A model generated the notes under the pieces. It did not search any database and was not told the origin of the DNA. It worked only from the letters and a program-made list of their open reading frames with translations. A DNA stretch of 64,000 nt from Piromyces finnis finn (Eukaryota > Fungi > Neocallimastigomycota), in NCBI GenBank assembly GCA_002104945.1, contig MCFH01000082.1:120886-184885 (forward strand). Reading direction: 5' to 3'. Within the stretch, counting starts at the first letter, position 1. Every line of letters starts with the position of its first letter. A program made the position numbers and the translations under genes. Below, one piece after another: positions 43,239 to 54,279 of this stretch.

Positions 43239-44903
43239 TGATATAATTTGATAATAATCTTAATTTTGAATTTTACTTCAAAAAGTGATTATTATATTAT
43301 ATCTTTTGTTATAACTATATAAGTTATATTGATTAAGATTTAAAATCGTTTTTATAAAAATTAATAAAATTGTTTTGTTAAAACACTAAATTGTTTTATT
43401 AGAAACACTTGTTTTTCTAATATTTAAATATTTAAAATTTTATTTATTTAAGTATAAAAGTGATTATTAAAATTATAAAATATTAATCTAACTATATAAT
43501 ATTTCTTTATTATTAATAATAATAATGATTAAAATAAGAATATTTACATGTATTTATATTTTCTTTTGAATTTAAACTATTTACATTAAAACAATAAAAT
43601 TAATAACTATTTACAATAAAAGTAATTAGAAATAACAATAAAAGAAATAATTAAAAGTTAAAGAATATAAAAAGTTGTTTATTTTACAATTAATTAAAGT
43701 AATAATAACATGAATTATTATATTTGTTTACTTTTAAAGTGTAATTTACTAACGAAGTTATTAAACATTTAATTTAACAATTAATTTAACAAGAGTTATA
43801 TATTTTGATCTCGATTAATTAAAGTTTATTATTTTTTTTCAATAATCAAAATATATGCAGTGTTTAGGATTAATTTTATTTAAGAATTTTGGTAAAGTAC
43901 TTAATTAAACTATAACTTGTTTTAAGTTACTTTTAGGGTTAACTTAAAAATCAGGTATAATAATAATTTTATATTTATTAATTTCATTATTTATCATTTT
44001 GTAGTAATTATATTGTAATGTATATAATAAATAGTACAATATAATTACTTATTGATAACTCAATATTAAAATTTAATATTAAATTATATGTATATAGAAA
44101 GAAAAAAATAATAAAAAAAATTAAATATAGAATTAAGATTAGAACTTAGCGAGTTTATTATAAGGATTTATAATAAACAACAAAAACACAAATGGGAAGG
44201 AGGATAAGAGTGAGATGTATTAAAATTATGTTTTAATAATATGTTTTTTATTAAAATAGAATTATTTGTTATTTATTATAATTAATTTTTCTTATAATAA
44301 TAACTCTTGAATTTCTAAAGAATTTCAAGAGTGTCTTATTTATATTTTTATTAGAAATTAAGGTTAAATAAATGGGTTCTAATCTTAACAAATTAAATGT
44401 TTAGGAAAAGACTAGAAGAAAAACCTAAACAAGTTTTCGACCAATATTCTAATCATATTAGTCATCGTGTAAATTTTAAGTAAAACCAATTATAATAATC
44501 GGGAAAACCTTAAAATACCGATTTCCTAAAGTAAATCCGTGTTTAGATATAATATGTAAATTAATTAGTAATACACAATTAAATTACAGGATTCTTATAT
44601 ATAAATATTATTTAAAAATCAAATGTATAAAATATTATTTAACTAAATAAATTAAATAAATAAATTAAGTGCATAAAATATTATTTAACTAAATAAATTA
44701 AATAAGTAAATTAAGTGCATAAAATATTATTTAACTAAATAAATTAAATAAATAAATTAAGTGCATAAAATATTATTTAACTAAATAAATTAAATAAATA
44801 AATTAAGTGTATAAAATATTATGTAACTAAATAAATAAATAAATTATTAAACTAATAAGAAATATTAATTATTTAGATTGAAATAATTATTATTTCTTAC
44901 ACA
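43239..44903. mobile_element. Putative solo LTR, family G (1665 bp), TSD TTTA, with an internal 46-bp tandem repeat
   Basis: TG...CA termini flanked by TTTA on both sides; homology to 4156-4810; 46-bp units start at 44627, 44673, 44719, 44765 and 44811. Confidence 0.7.
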
Positions 44904-45868
44904 TTTATGATAACGGATTGGTAGTTATATTACAACTTTTTAACTACTTCTTCTGTTATCTTATATTGTTTTATCTCGACAGCTATTGTACGAGCTTTAA
45001 CAATATCTACTAGTTTTATTAATTTATTTTAAGTTATTTTATAATTTTAATAGTTTTATTATTTTAATAATATTTATATAGAATAATAACACCAGATTTA
45101 TTCTATAAAATATTATTTATTATTAACACAATAATTACAAATTAGACAAGTTTAATTTCGTTTTTATATTTTCTTTTATTTATTGTTCTTACGCTCTTTT
45201 TAACAATAATTTTTATTATATAAAAACTTATTTTTTGTCTTTTAAATATTATTATGTATTCACTAATTAATTATATTAACTATTATTAAAATTTAACTTA
45301 TTATTAATAATCTAAGTCTTCTTATTTTCTACTAAAAAATATTATTATTCTTTATATTAAAAATTATTTTTATAATTTAACCCAATCAAATATATAAATT
45401 TATAAAATATTTGATTTTATGTAAATTATATTTTTATAATAAACTATATAAAATTATTTAATAATTATTTTATAATAAAATTTTCTACTAATATCAAATT
45501 TATAATATATTTATAATTATTATTTATCAAGATTTCCTCCCCTAAGATACGACTTAGTGGTAGCTGATAAAAATATTCATAAATAATAATAAATATATAA
45601 GTTTTTGATATTTTTATACTAAATATTTAAAAATTTAAATTTTTTTTTCTATATATATATATATATGATAAAAATAATATAAAATAAGGTTTATAAAAAA
45701 AATGATGAAAAATTTGAAAATTTTTATTAATAAAATTTTTTTTTCAAAGAGAAATAAAAAAAATGAAGTGAAATTTTGTTAAATGTCGTAGTGTAAATAT
45801 TTTTGTGTTTTTATATATTTTTGTAATGTAATTGTCGTATTATTTGTATATAAATGTTTAATGTGGTT

Positions 45869-47860
45869 TTATCTTTCTTTAAACTTTGAAAATAGATGAA
45901 ATTTTGATTTTAATATGTCGAAATAATGTCGTTTTAAAATTGAAGTTACTGATTTGATATAATCTTTTAGATTGAAAATAATTGAATTTGAAATACTTTC
46001 TTTTACACTTTTTATTATACTGAAATATATATTCTTAAACGAATTATTTGATGAATTTTTGATTATATCATTTTGTTTATTTCGCTTTTTTCTTGATTTT
46101 AATTTCCTGTTAATATTAATATTCAAATGATTATATTTTAGAATTTTACTTTTATTTTTATATATCTTGATTTTGTGGCATTTTTCGTGAATAATTGGCG
46201 TTTTTTCTGCTTCATCACGGCCGACAAGATTTGACTTATTAATTGAAAATTTAATAAGTGAATCGTTTTTAATTCTTTTTGGAAATTTGCTGAAATTTGA
46301 ATGAAAAATGTGATATTTTGGATAAAAATATTTATTTTTAAATTTGAATAAATGTCGAAATTTAATTGAATAAAAAAGTTTGTTTTTATTGTTAAAAGTC
46401 GAATTAAAATTTTGAATTTTGATATTATTATTAAATGAATTAAATTGAGATTCATTAATATTTGATGGATTGAAACAATGAATCATTGAAATATTTGAAA
46501 GATTATTTTTATTTTGTTTAAAATTTGAGGGACGAGCAACCATAATAGGAGATGAATTAGTTTTCATGTAGAGAGAGTCATCATCAGGATCAATGTATAA
46601 TCGGTGATTCTTTTGAGATTGACGACCTAATATAATATCATAACATGAATCTTCATCTTCTAGAATCCAGAATAATGCATAGATTTTTAAATCACCAAAT
46701 TTAAGAGTTAAATTAACAGCTTGATTTGTTGAAATAACTTGTTTGCTAGCTAATTTAAAGAAAGTTCTCTTAAAATGTGTAATATTATGATTTGCTGATA
46801 TTAAATTAAAGAAGGATTTAGTAATAACATTAACATCAGAACCAGTATCTACTAAAACTCGGACAATGTTATTATCAATTGAGCCAATGACAGAAGCAAT
46901 GTTGATTTTATTAATGACATTAATTTCGTTATCTGCTATATTGATAATATCATCATCATTGTCATTATCAGCATCATCATTGTTTTCATTATTTTTATTA
47001 TTATAATTTTCATTAATGATATTAATAAATGAATTAATATCATCATCATTAAGATCCATATTTTGAATGGCGTTTATTTTCCGAACATCATTTGGATCAA
47101 GCTTTAAACCTTTGGCACAAAGTCTTCTGATGATAGGACTGACTGCAAGCAATTGTGCAAAAGAGATACCAGCATTTGTATTATTAAGGGCATCAAAAAT
47201 ATTATATTCTTTATTTTTGCCCAACATGACAATAGAACGTAGGAAGTCATAATAGTTGCTTTTGGGAGACTTTTTGCTATCTATAACTTCTTCTAATTCG
47301 TCCTGTTTACTTGGTATATCTGGACCAATTCTTCTTTTATTTCTGGTTTCTTTATTTTTCATCTTAGCAGAGGAAATATTCTTGCCTGCAATTACCGAGG
47401 GGTCTAAGATGTCTAGGCGGGAAGTAGTGGTATGAAAATTTGAATTTTTCTCATTACGAATTTCTTGCTGTTCTTTCATCTGAGTGGCCTTTGTATGTAT
47501 TGGTAATGGATTTTCTCGAAGTTTCTTTTTCTTCGACTGAGTCACGTGATCCTCATCATCACTTTCATCACTTTCTTCAGAACTTTTTCTCTTGAATGCA
47601 TAAATAAGGTTTTCGATGTCCTTATCATCGACTGTATTTGTCACGTGATCACGTGTAACGTAATCCTTATCATCTTCATTGATTGGATCATCCACCAAAG
47701 GGTTAGAGAATTTTTCTTTAGAATTTGGAAATTTTTTTGTTTTATGGAAATCACGTGTATCATCAACATAGATTTGCTCATTAATGTTGTTGATGTTGTG
47801 GGTTTGGTTATTATCAATTTTGGAGTTAGAAGGGGAAGATTGAGAACTTCCCCCATTTAA
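45869..47860 (-). CDS. Aspartic protease ORF of element B, reached by -1 frameshift
   Basis: Frame is open from the slippery site at ~47860; VLVDTGSDVNVI and YDIILGR retropepsin motifs; basic low-complexity tail with no RT motifs. Confidence 0.8.
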   Translation of the reverse strand, partial: LNGGSSQSSPSNSKIDNNQTHNINNINEQIYVDDTRDFHKTKKFPNSKEKFSNPLVDDPINEDDKDYVTRDHVTNTVDDKDIENLIYAFKRKSSEESDESDDEDHVTQSKKKKLRENPLPIHTKATQMKEQQEIRNEKNSNFHTTTSRLDILDPSVIAGKNISSAKMKNKETRNKRRIGPDIPSKQDELEEVIDSKKSPKSNYYDFLRSIVMLGKNKEYNIFDALNNTNAGISFAQLLAVSPIIRRLCAKGLKLDPNDVRKINAIQNMDLNDDDINSFINIINENYNNKNNENNDDADNDNDDDIINIADNEINVINKINIASVIGSIDNNIVRVLVDTGSDVNVITKSFFNLISANHNITHFKRTFFKLASKQVISTNQAVNLTLKFGDLKIYALFWILEDEDSCYDIILGRQSQKNHRLYIDPDDDSLYMKTNSSPIMVARPSNFKQNKNNLSNISMIHCFNPSNINESQFNSFNNNIKIQNFNSTFNNKNKLFYSIKFRHLFKFKNKYFYPKYHIFHSNFSKFPKRIKNDSLIKFSINKSNLVGRDEAEKTPIIHEKCHKIKIYKNKSKILKYNHLNININRKLKSRKKRNKQNDIIKNSSNNSFKNIYFSIIKSVKESISNSIIFNLKDYIKSVTSILKRHYFDILKSKFHLFSKFKER

Positions 47861-47866
47861 TTTAAA
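47832..47866 (-). promoter_or_regulatory. -1 programmed ribosomal frameshift signal
   Basis: Heptamer U UUA AAU in the gag frame (47866-47860) directly before the gag stop; hairpin GGGGAAG/CTTCCCC (47853-47832) starts 6 nt downstream; protease ORF is in the -1 frame. Confidence 0.75.
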
Positions 47867-48706
47867 TGGTTTTGGGTTTTGAGGAGGGTAGCTATGATTT
47901 TGTTCACATCGGTCATTTCGTTTGGGCAGAAGCGGGCATCATGTCCTTTCTGGTTACAACGGTGGCAGATATGAATTTTCATCTGGGCAAAGCTTTTGGT
48001 CAAAGCATCCAGATCTGATTCTTTAGCTTCTTCTTTAGTAGTCTTTTCATTATCAGTACTACTATTATTTTCGTTATTATTATAAGAGGTTTTATCTTCA
48101 ACTTCTGTTTTTCTCTTATAATAATTATTTTTGTTTTGAGTTCTTTTATTGGGTACATATTCATCATCACTTTCATAAGCAGATAGAAGCTCATCTGCTT
48201 TAATAGCAATGACCATAGCATCCTTTAAAGTTTTTGGTTGTTTGTTAATAAGAGAATTTAATATAGAAGTTCTCCTATTAAAAGCTTTTGTATAAAGAAA
48301 AATAAGTCTTTCTTCAGAAGGCTTGTCCCTTTCTTTAATTTCTTTCAAAAGGTCGTTAAAAGAACGGTTAAATTCTCTAACAGAGCTTTTGTTTACTTTT
48401 ATTTTTTCTAACTTATTTAGGTTTCTATTAGAGGTTTTATCATCCTCAAATAAGTTAGATATTTTATTGATAAATTCATTATAAGATAGGGATCTATCTT
48501 CATAATAAATATCAAAGATCCTTTGAGTTACCGGTAGTAGCAAGCAAAGCAATTCTCTTCTTTTCTTTTTCAGAAAGAGCTAAGTCTTCTAAGATATCTT
48601 CAAGTTCCATTTTCCATCTGAAGAACTTAGTATCTTTCTTGCCAAGAGGGCTTATTTCTTTAGCCATACTAGCGGCTCTTTCAAAATTGTTTTTATTTTC
48701 AGTCAT
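47857..48706 (-). CDS. Gag of element B with CCHC zinc knuckle; split by one frameshift near 48530
   Basis: ORFs 48706-48512 and 48552-47857; CHRCNQKGHDARFC knuckle. Confidence 0.8.
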
Positions 48707-49442
48707 ATTTAGTAAATAAATAAGATAATTATACTAAATATACTAATTAATAGGAATTATTTAAATTTTCGGCTTTCCCACGGGACGACTGAGGTTCTCC
48801 ACCACTTGATAACGGATTGGTAGTTATATTACAACTTTTTAACTACTTCTTCTGTTATCTTATATTGTTTTATCTCGACAGCTATTGTACGAGCTTTAAC
48901 AATATCTACTAGTTTTATTAATTTATTTTAAGTTATTTTATAATTTTAATAGTTTTATTATTTTAATAATATTTATATAGAATAATAACACCAGATTTAT
49001 TCTATAAAATATTATTTATTATTAACACAATAATTACAAATTAGACAAGTTTAATTTCGTTTTTATATTTTCTTTTATTTATTGTTCTTACGCTCTTTTT
49101 AACAATAATTTTTATTATATAAAAACTTATTTTTTGTCTTTTAAATATTATTATGTATTCACTAATTAATTATATTAACTATTATTAAAATTTAACTTAT
49201 TATTAGTAATCTAAGTCTTCTTATTTTCTACTAAAAAATATTATTATTCTTTATATTAAAAATTATTTTTATAATTTAACCCAATCAAATATATAAATTT
49301 ATAAAATATTTGATTTTATGTAAATTATATTTTTATAATAAACTATATAAAATTATTTAATAATTATTTTATAATAAAATTTTCTACTAATATCAAATTT
49401 ATAATATATTTATAATTATTATTTATCATTTAGATCAGTGAA

Positions 49443-49514
49443 GGAGGGTTGGCGCAACGGTAGCGCGTCCGCCTCCAGAGCGGAAGGTTGGGTGTTCGAA
49501 TCACTCACTCTCCA
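49443..49514 (+). tRNA. trnW-CCA: tRNA-Trp (CCA), intronless, copy 1
   Basis: Full cloverleaf: acceptor GGAGGGT/ACTCTCC, D stem GCGC/GCGC, anticodon stem TCCGC/GCGGA with loop CT-CCA-GA, T arm GGGTG-TTCGAAT-CACTC; followed by TTTTT. Confidence 0.96.
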
Positions 49515-50042
49515 TTTTTATATTTTTCATTAGATGATAAAATTATTCTTTAATACCTATTATTATTATTATACTAGTTTAATTAAATATTAATAAAAAA
49601 TACATTTTATTTCCGTTATCTTTTAACAAGTATTATTAATTAGAGTTAACATAGTTCATAATTAAATCCTAGAGTTAACTCTTATACTCAAATAATTATA
49701 ACAAAAGAAAAGTTCACTTTTTAATATTTTCATTTAAAAAAAAAAGAAAGTTCTATTAATTTTTATTATTAAAAAAGGATTGGTTCTAAGAAATTTAATT
49801 TTTTTGAAATTTTATATAAAAAAAAAGAAAAAAGACTTTTTTTTGGTGAAATGAAAACTTTTTTAAATTTCGAAATAAATAAAGAAAAGCAAAAAAAAAA
49901 AAAAAAACGAAAATAAACATTTTATATTTTATTAACTGAAAGCTACTAAACATTAAAGGATAGTGTGATAAATAAAAAAAAAATATTATAAATTTCAATT
50001 TTAATTTCAATATTTGTTATATATAATTTTTTATAAAGTATA

Positions 50043-50807
50043 ATGAAAAAGAAGATTATTTTGATACTATCAACCTATTTATATTTTATGGTATTTTGTC
50101 AATATGGATATACTCGTACAATTAGTGTTGAATCTGATGATATTCCAGCTGAACTTATTTATCGTGGTGAAGCATTTAGTCGCACCATAATTAAAGATTT
50201 TGATTTTAATAATTATAACTCACCTGATGATGATGATGAATATACTTATGTATGTAAAGATGATGATTGCATTTATATACAGCCGAATAGTAGCAAACCT
50301 TTTATTGAAATTGAAGATAAAAATGGTTATCTTCATAGATATATATTTACTTCCTATATAGATGATTATGAAGTAACTATAGCTAATTATATCGAGTCTA
50401 ATATAAATAAAACTATTCATGTTTCTACTGATTGTAAAACAGATAGTCAATGTTTTTCAAATAAATGTATAAACAATAGATGTATAAAGAATTTAGAAGT
50501 TAATATTGAACATTGTGTTTCTTTATATATAAGACCTAGTGCTTTCTATTCATCGTATATAGGATATACTAAATGTGGTCGGATGCCTGGTGAGCCTTGT
50601 ATAAAAAATTCAGATTGCTCTTCCAACAAATGTTACAGAGGAACATGCATAACTAATAACTATACACCTTCTGATAGTGATGGGATAGGTGAGGCATTTT
50701 CAAAACTAGGGTTTATAGCAGCATTAATAAGTATTTTAGTAATTGATTGTTGTTATTGTTGTTACGTAAAACATAATGAAAGATATTATATTAAAGCTAA
50801 TAAATAA
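50043..50807 (+). CDS. Cys-rich single-pass membrane or secreted protein (Dickkopf-N/EB-like Cys modules)
   Basis: Hydrophobic N-terminus; CKTDSQCFSNKCINNRC and GEPCIKNSDCSSNKCYRGTC; C-terminal TM GFIAALISILVI followed by DCCYCCY. Confidence 0.75.
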   Translation: MKKKIILILSTYLYFMVFCQYGYTRTISVESDDIPAELIYRGEAFSRTIIKDFDFNNYNSPDDDDEYTYVCKDDDCIYIQPNSSKPFIEIEDKNGYLHRYIFTSYIDDYEVTIANYIESNINKTIHVSTDCKTDSQCFSNKCINNRCIKNLEVNIEHCVSLYIRPSAFYSSYIGYTKCGRMPGEPCIKNSDCSSNKCYRGTCITNNYTPSDSDGIGEAFSKLGFIAALISILVIDCCYCCYVKHNERYYIKANK

Positions 50808-51230
50808 ATAAAATTTTTACATTTTTTATACTATAATTATTAGTATAATAAAATTCATTTAAAAATATATAAAAATAAGATACTATTAAAGTTTATAAAA
50901 CACTGTATTTTTTAATTGTCAAAAAAAATAGTAAACAAAAAATATTGGTATTTTATAAAAGTTATAATATAAAAGTTTAATATAGCTATATATATTTACT
51001 ATATAAAGTTAATTTTTAATGAGAACTTATTATTACTTTTTTTAAAATAGCAACTATTTTTAAAACCATGTAAAAAAAAAATTAAAAAATTGAAAAGAAG
51101 TAAAAATAGAAATAAAATAAAAATAAAAATTAAAGGATAATGAATAAAAATGTTAGTTTATTATTATTGTTAGTTAAATATTTTTGAATATATTAATTAT
51201 TAATAAATAACATTTATTTAAACTAAATTA

Positions 51231-51270
<40 letters not shown>

Positions 51271-52295
51271 TGTATTATATATATTTCTTAAAATATTTTT
51301 TTAATTATTTATTAAAAATGAAATTGACTATTTATTAACATTTTACTTTAATTTGTTGAGAAGATATTTTGAATTAAATAATATGTTCCCAAAAAGATCT
51401 ATGTATTTAATGACGATTATTAAAAAAAAAAAAAAAAAAAAAAAACATGTACAAGAGTAATTTAAAAGTTTACTATTCAAATGAAAAGTTTGTTATAATT
51501 TCCAATATCTACAGGGAAAATGAGGATTGCTGAATAGTATGTAGTCCGGTTCCCATAAAGGAATTGTTAAAAACATATTCTTAGGTTATTGAAAACGCTA
51601 GCACTGTTACAGGCATGATATAAAAATAATAGGTGACCTAAATCTATTATATTTGTAAATATTAAATGTATATAGTTTTTTATTAAATAGTAATTCCTTA
51701 AATGTAAAATAATGAAATATAAAAGAATAAGGAAGATATATAATCCATATAATTCCAGCCTTATAATTGTACAATTAATCATTATGTAAGCCCTGATAGT
51801 ATAAATAGACTAGAAATAAATATTATAAAAAGGGCTTCTTGTTTTTTGTTAATTTTTAATAAAATAGTTATAAATGACTGGATTATCGTTTTAGCATATA
51901 AACGGAATAATATATTAAAGCGTGATTAATAAAATTATGAACAAAATATATATTATTTAAAGATTCTTTCTACATAAAAATAACTCTTATCATGTCCATT
52001 ATCATATTGATTGAAACACATAACAAAATACTACAATTATATGAAAATAATTGTACATTTATGTATTTATAAATACAAATTAATAATAAAATATAATAAT
52101 AATATATATAAAAAAAAATAATATTATAGATTAATAATAATAATACTAATACTAATACTAATACTAATACTAATAATATAAAATACATTATATACAATAT
52201 TATTACTGTAAAATAAATTTAATTAATAAATAATTTTATTAATAAGGTTAACAAAGAGAAAAAGTTACATTGTAAATTACAGTTATATAATGAGA

Positions 52296-52794
52296 TGTAA
52301 GGTTATGTGATCATAAAAATAAAATAAAAATCTCTATAACACGTAGACATTACGTTTACAACACTTTTAATACATGTTTATGTTTTCATAAGTTAGTCAC
52401 GTAATTAAGACTAAGCCTTAAGTTTAACTTTAGTATTATAAAATATATTATGAATATAATCATGTATTAATAGTTATTTTATTATTAAATGTAAAATTAC
52501 AAATAGTATAAATAATTTAGAATAGTTTTATGAAATTAAATCTTTGTAAAGATTATTATCTTATTAATACTTAATAAGTATTGCTATTAAATAATCTTAT
52601 TATTATATTCTTTAATAATATATTATTTAAATAAAATAAAAGAAATTATTTTAACCATAATACATAATTTAATTATTCATTTATAAAACAATTAAGATTA
52701 TTTTAATAAAACATTTTTTCTAACCTAGTTATCTTTAATCTTTTATTTAATTTAATATTTTAATATTAAATTAAAGTTTAGTAAAACTTTTACA
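52296..52794 (+). mobile_element. Probable D-related solo LTR (499 bp)
   Basis: 3' half matches 56080-56558, including TCTTTGTAAAGATTAT and the end AAAACTTTTACA; candidate TSD TGAGA/TGATA has 1 mismatch, so the left end is uncertain. Confidence 0.5.
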
Positions 52795-53218
52795 TGATAA
52801 TATTTGTATCTAAAAAAATAAGAAAATAAAATAAATGATTTTTATACTTGTTCATTTGCAAGTATTAGTTAATTTTTAAAAATATAAAGTTTATTATATT
52901 TAATTATAAAATTATAATATTATTTAATAACTCTCGTATTATTAAATAATTAAGAATTAATACATATTGTATGCATCATAGAAGTTATATAAAAAAAATA
53001 TTGTTTTATTAAAATAATAACAATTATTAATTAATTATTAAATAATTTAAAGATATATTTTATATCTTTACATCTATTTAGAAATAATAGCTTATTAAAA
53101 TTTAATAAATATTAAAGATATTATAAGTATATATATATAAAAAAATATATATACACCAAACAAAAAAAATATTTATAAATATAAAACTTTATAAATTAAA
53201 ATACTTGTAAAAATATAC

Positions 53219-53600
53219 TAGGTGCGTATAGAGCTCATATACAGCTTCAATGTATAATTAACTAGTTTCAGTTGGTTAGAAACTATAGTTATTAATCACT
53301 GAAGTATTTGTAAAAGTAGGACGAATGTGAATAGCACGCTTACTTGGGGGAAGGGATTGTTAGTGTGATAAAAAGCACGTAATACAGGACTCTCAAGCTG
53401 AATACTTTAACAAACTCTGGCAAATAAGGAACTTTAGTCACCGAAGGCTAAAGGTTTGTTGTGAAGGTAAATCTACATAAAAATATATAGTTTAAATATA
53501 TTTTGAGGTCTAGTATATCACCTCTAGTTAGTAGCTTTTGTCGGCTATTTAAATTGTTGTAAGGCATTAAAAAGCGAAAAATAAATCCTGTAAATAAAGT
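53219..53600. other. Unassigned GC-enriched, hairpin-rich island (possible ncRNA)
   Basis: Several stems (TAACTA-GTTTC/GAAAC-TATAGTTA, CTTTAGTC/GGCTAAAG, GAGGT/ACCTC, TAGC/GCTA) in very AT-rich flanks; no ORF in the track. Confidence 0.35.
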
Positions 53601-54142
53601 TTTATATTTAATTATTTTTTTTAAAGAAAAAGAAATACATATATTATAAAATAATAATTATAATATATAATAAAATTATTTAATTAATATTGTAAATATA
53701 ATCATCGGTCAAATAATAATAAAAATCAAAAGTATTGTTATAAATTTTAAATAATAAAAAGCAATAATATTAAGTTGTCTTTTTTTAGTTAGTTTTTAAC
53801 GAAAAATAACTTTTGTTTATCTTTTCGATTAATTAATTATTAAGATAATTAACCGAAAAGCAAAAAAGAAAAAAGACTTTTTTTTGCTTTTCTTTATTTA
53901 TTTCGAAATTTAAAAAAGTTTTCATTTCACCAAAAAAGTCTTTTTTCTTTTTTTTTTTTTTTAAATGAAAATATTAAAAAGTGAACTTTTCTTTTGTTAT
54001 AATTATTTGAGTATAAGAGTTAACTCTAGGATTTAATTATGAACTATGTTAACTCTAATTAATAATATTTATTAAAAGATAACGGAAATAAAATGTATTT
54101 TTTATTAATATTTAATTAAACTAGTATAATAGGTATTAAAAA

Positions 54143-54214
54143 TGGAGAGTGAGTGATTCGAACACCCAACCTTCCGCTCTGGAGGCGGACGCGCTACCGT
54201 TGCGCCAACCCTCC
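54143..54214 (-). tRNA. trnW-CCA: tRNA-Trp (CCA), copy 2, identical to copy 1
   Basis: Exact reverse complement of 49443-49514; followed by a T-run terminator. Confidence 0.96.
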
Positions 54215-54229
54215 TTTACTGATTTAATT

Positions 54230-54279
54230 TGATACGAAGAAAAATATTAGCTTAATTCTATAAATGAATATAGAAAGTG
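54230..54279 (+). mobile_element. Probable LTR terminus (element H) 16 bp upstream of tRNA-Trp copy 2
   Basis: Begins TGATACG like LTR A; interrupted after 50 bp by the E1/D/E2 stack; the other end is not in the window. Confidence 0.5.

Larger units (their letters stand above)
44908..49428 (-). mobile_element. Two-LTR Ty3/Gypsy-like element B encoding only gag and protease
   Basis: 622-bp LTRs 44908-45529 and 48807-49428 (1 difference by eye); PBS TGGTGGAGA 48804-48796; PPT GGGGAGGAAA 45542-45533; TSD TTTA 44904-44907 and 49429-49432; no RT, RNase H or integrase. Confidence 0.92.

Noticed and set aside
49443-49906. tRNA-derived SINE (tRNA head plus tail ending in an A-run)
   Set aside because: A T-run terminator directly follows an intact tRNA, and no TSD was found around either copy.
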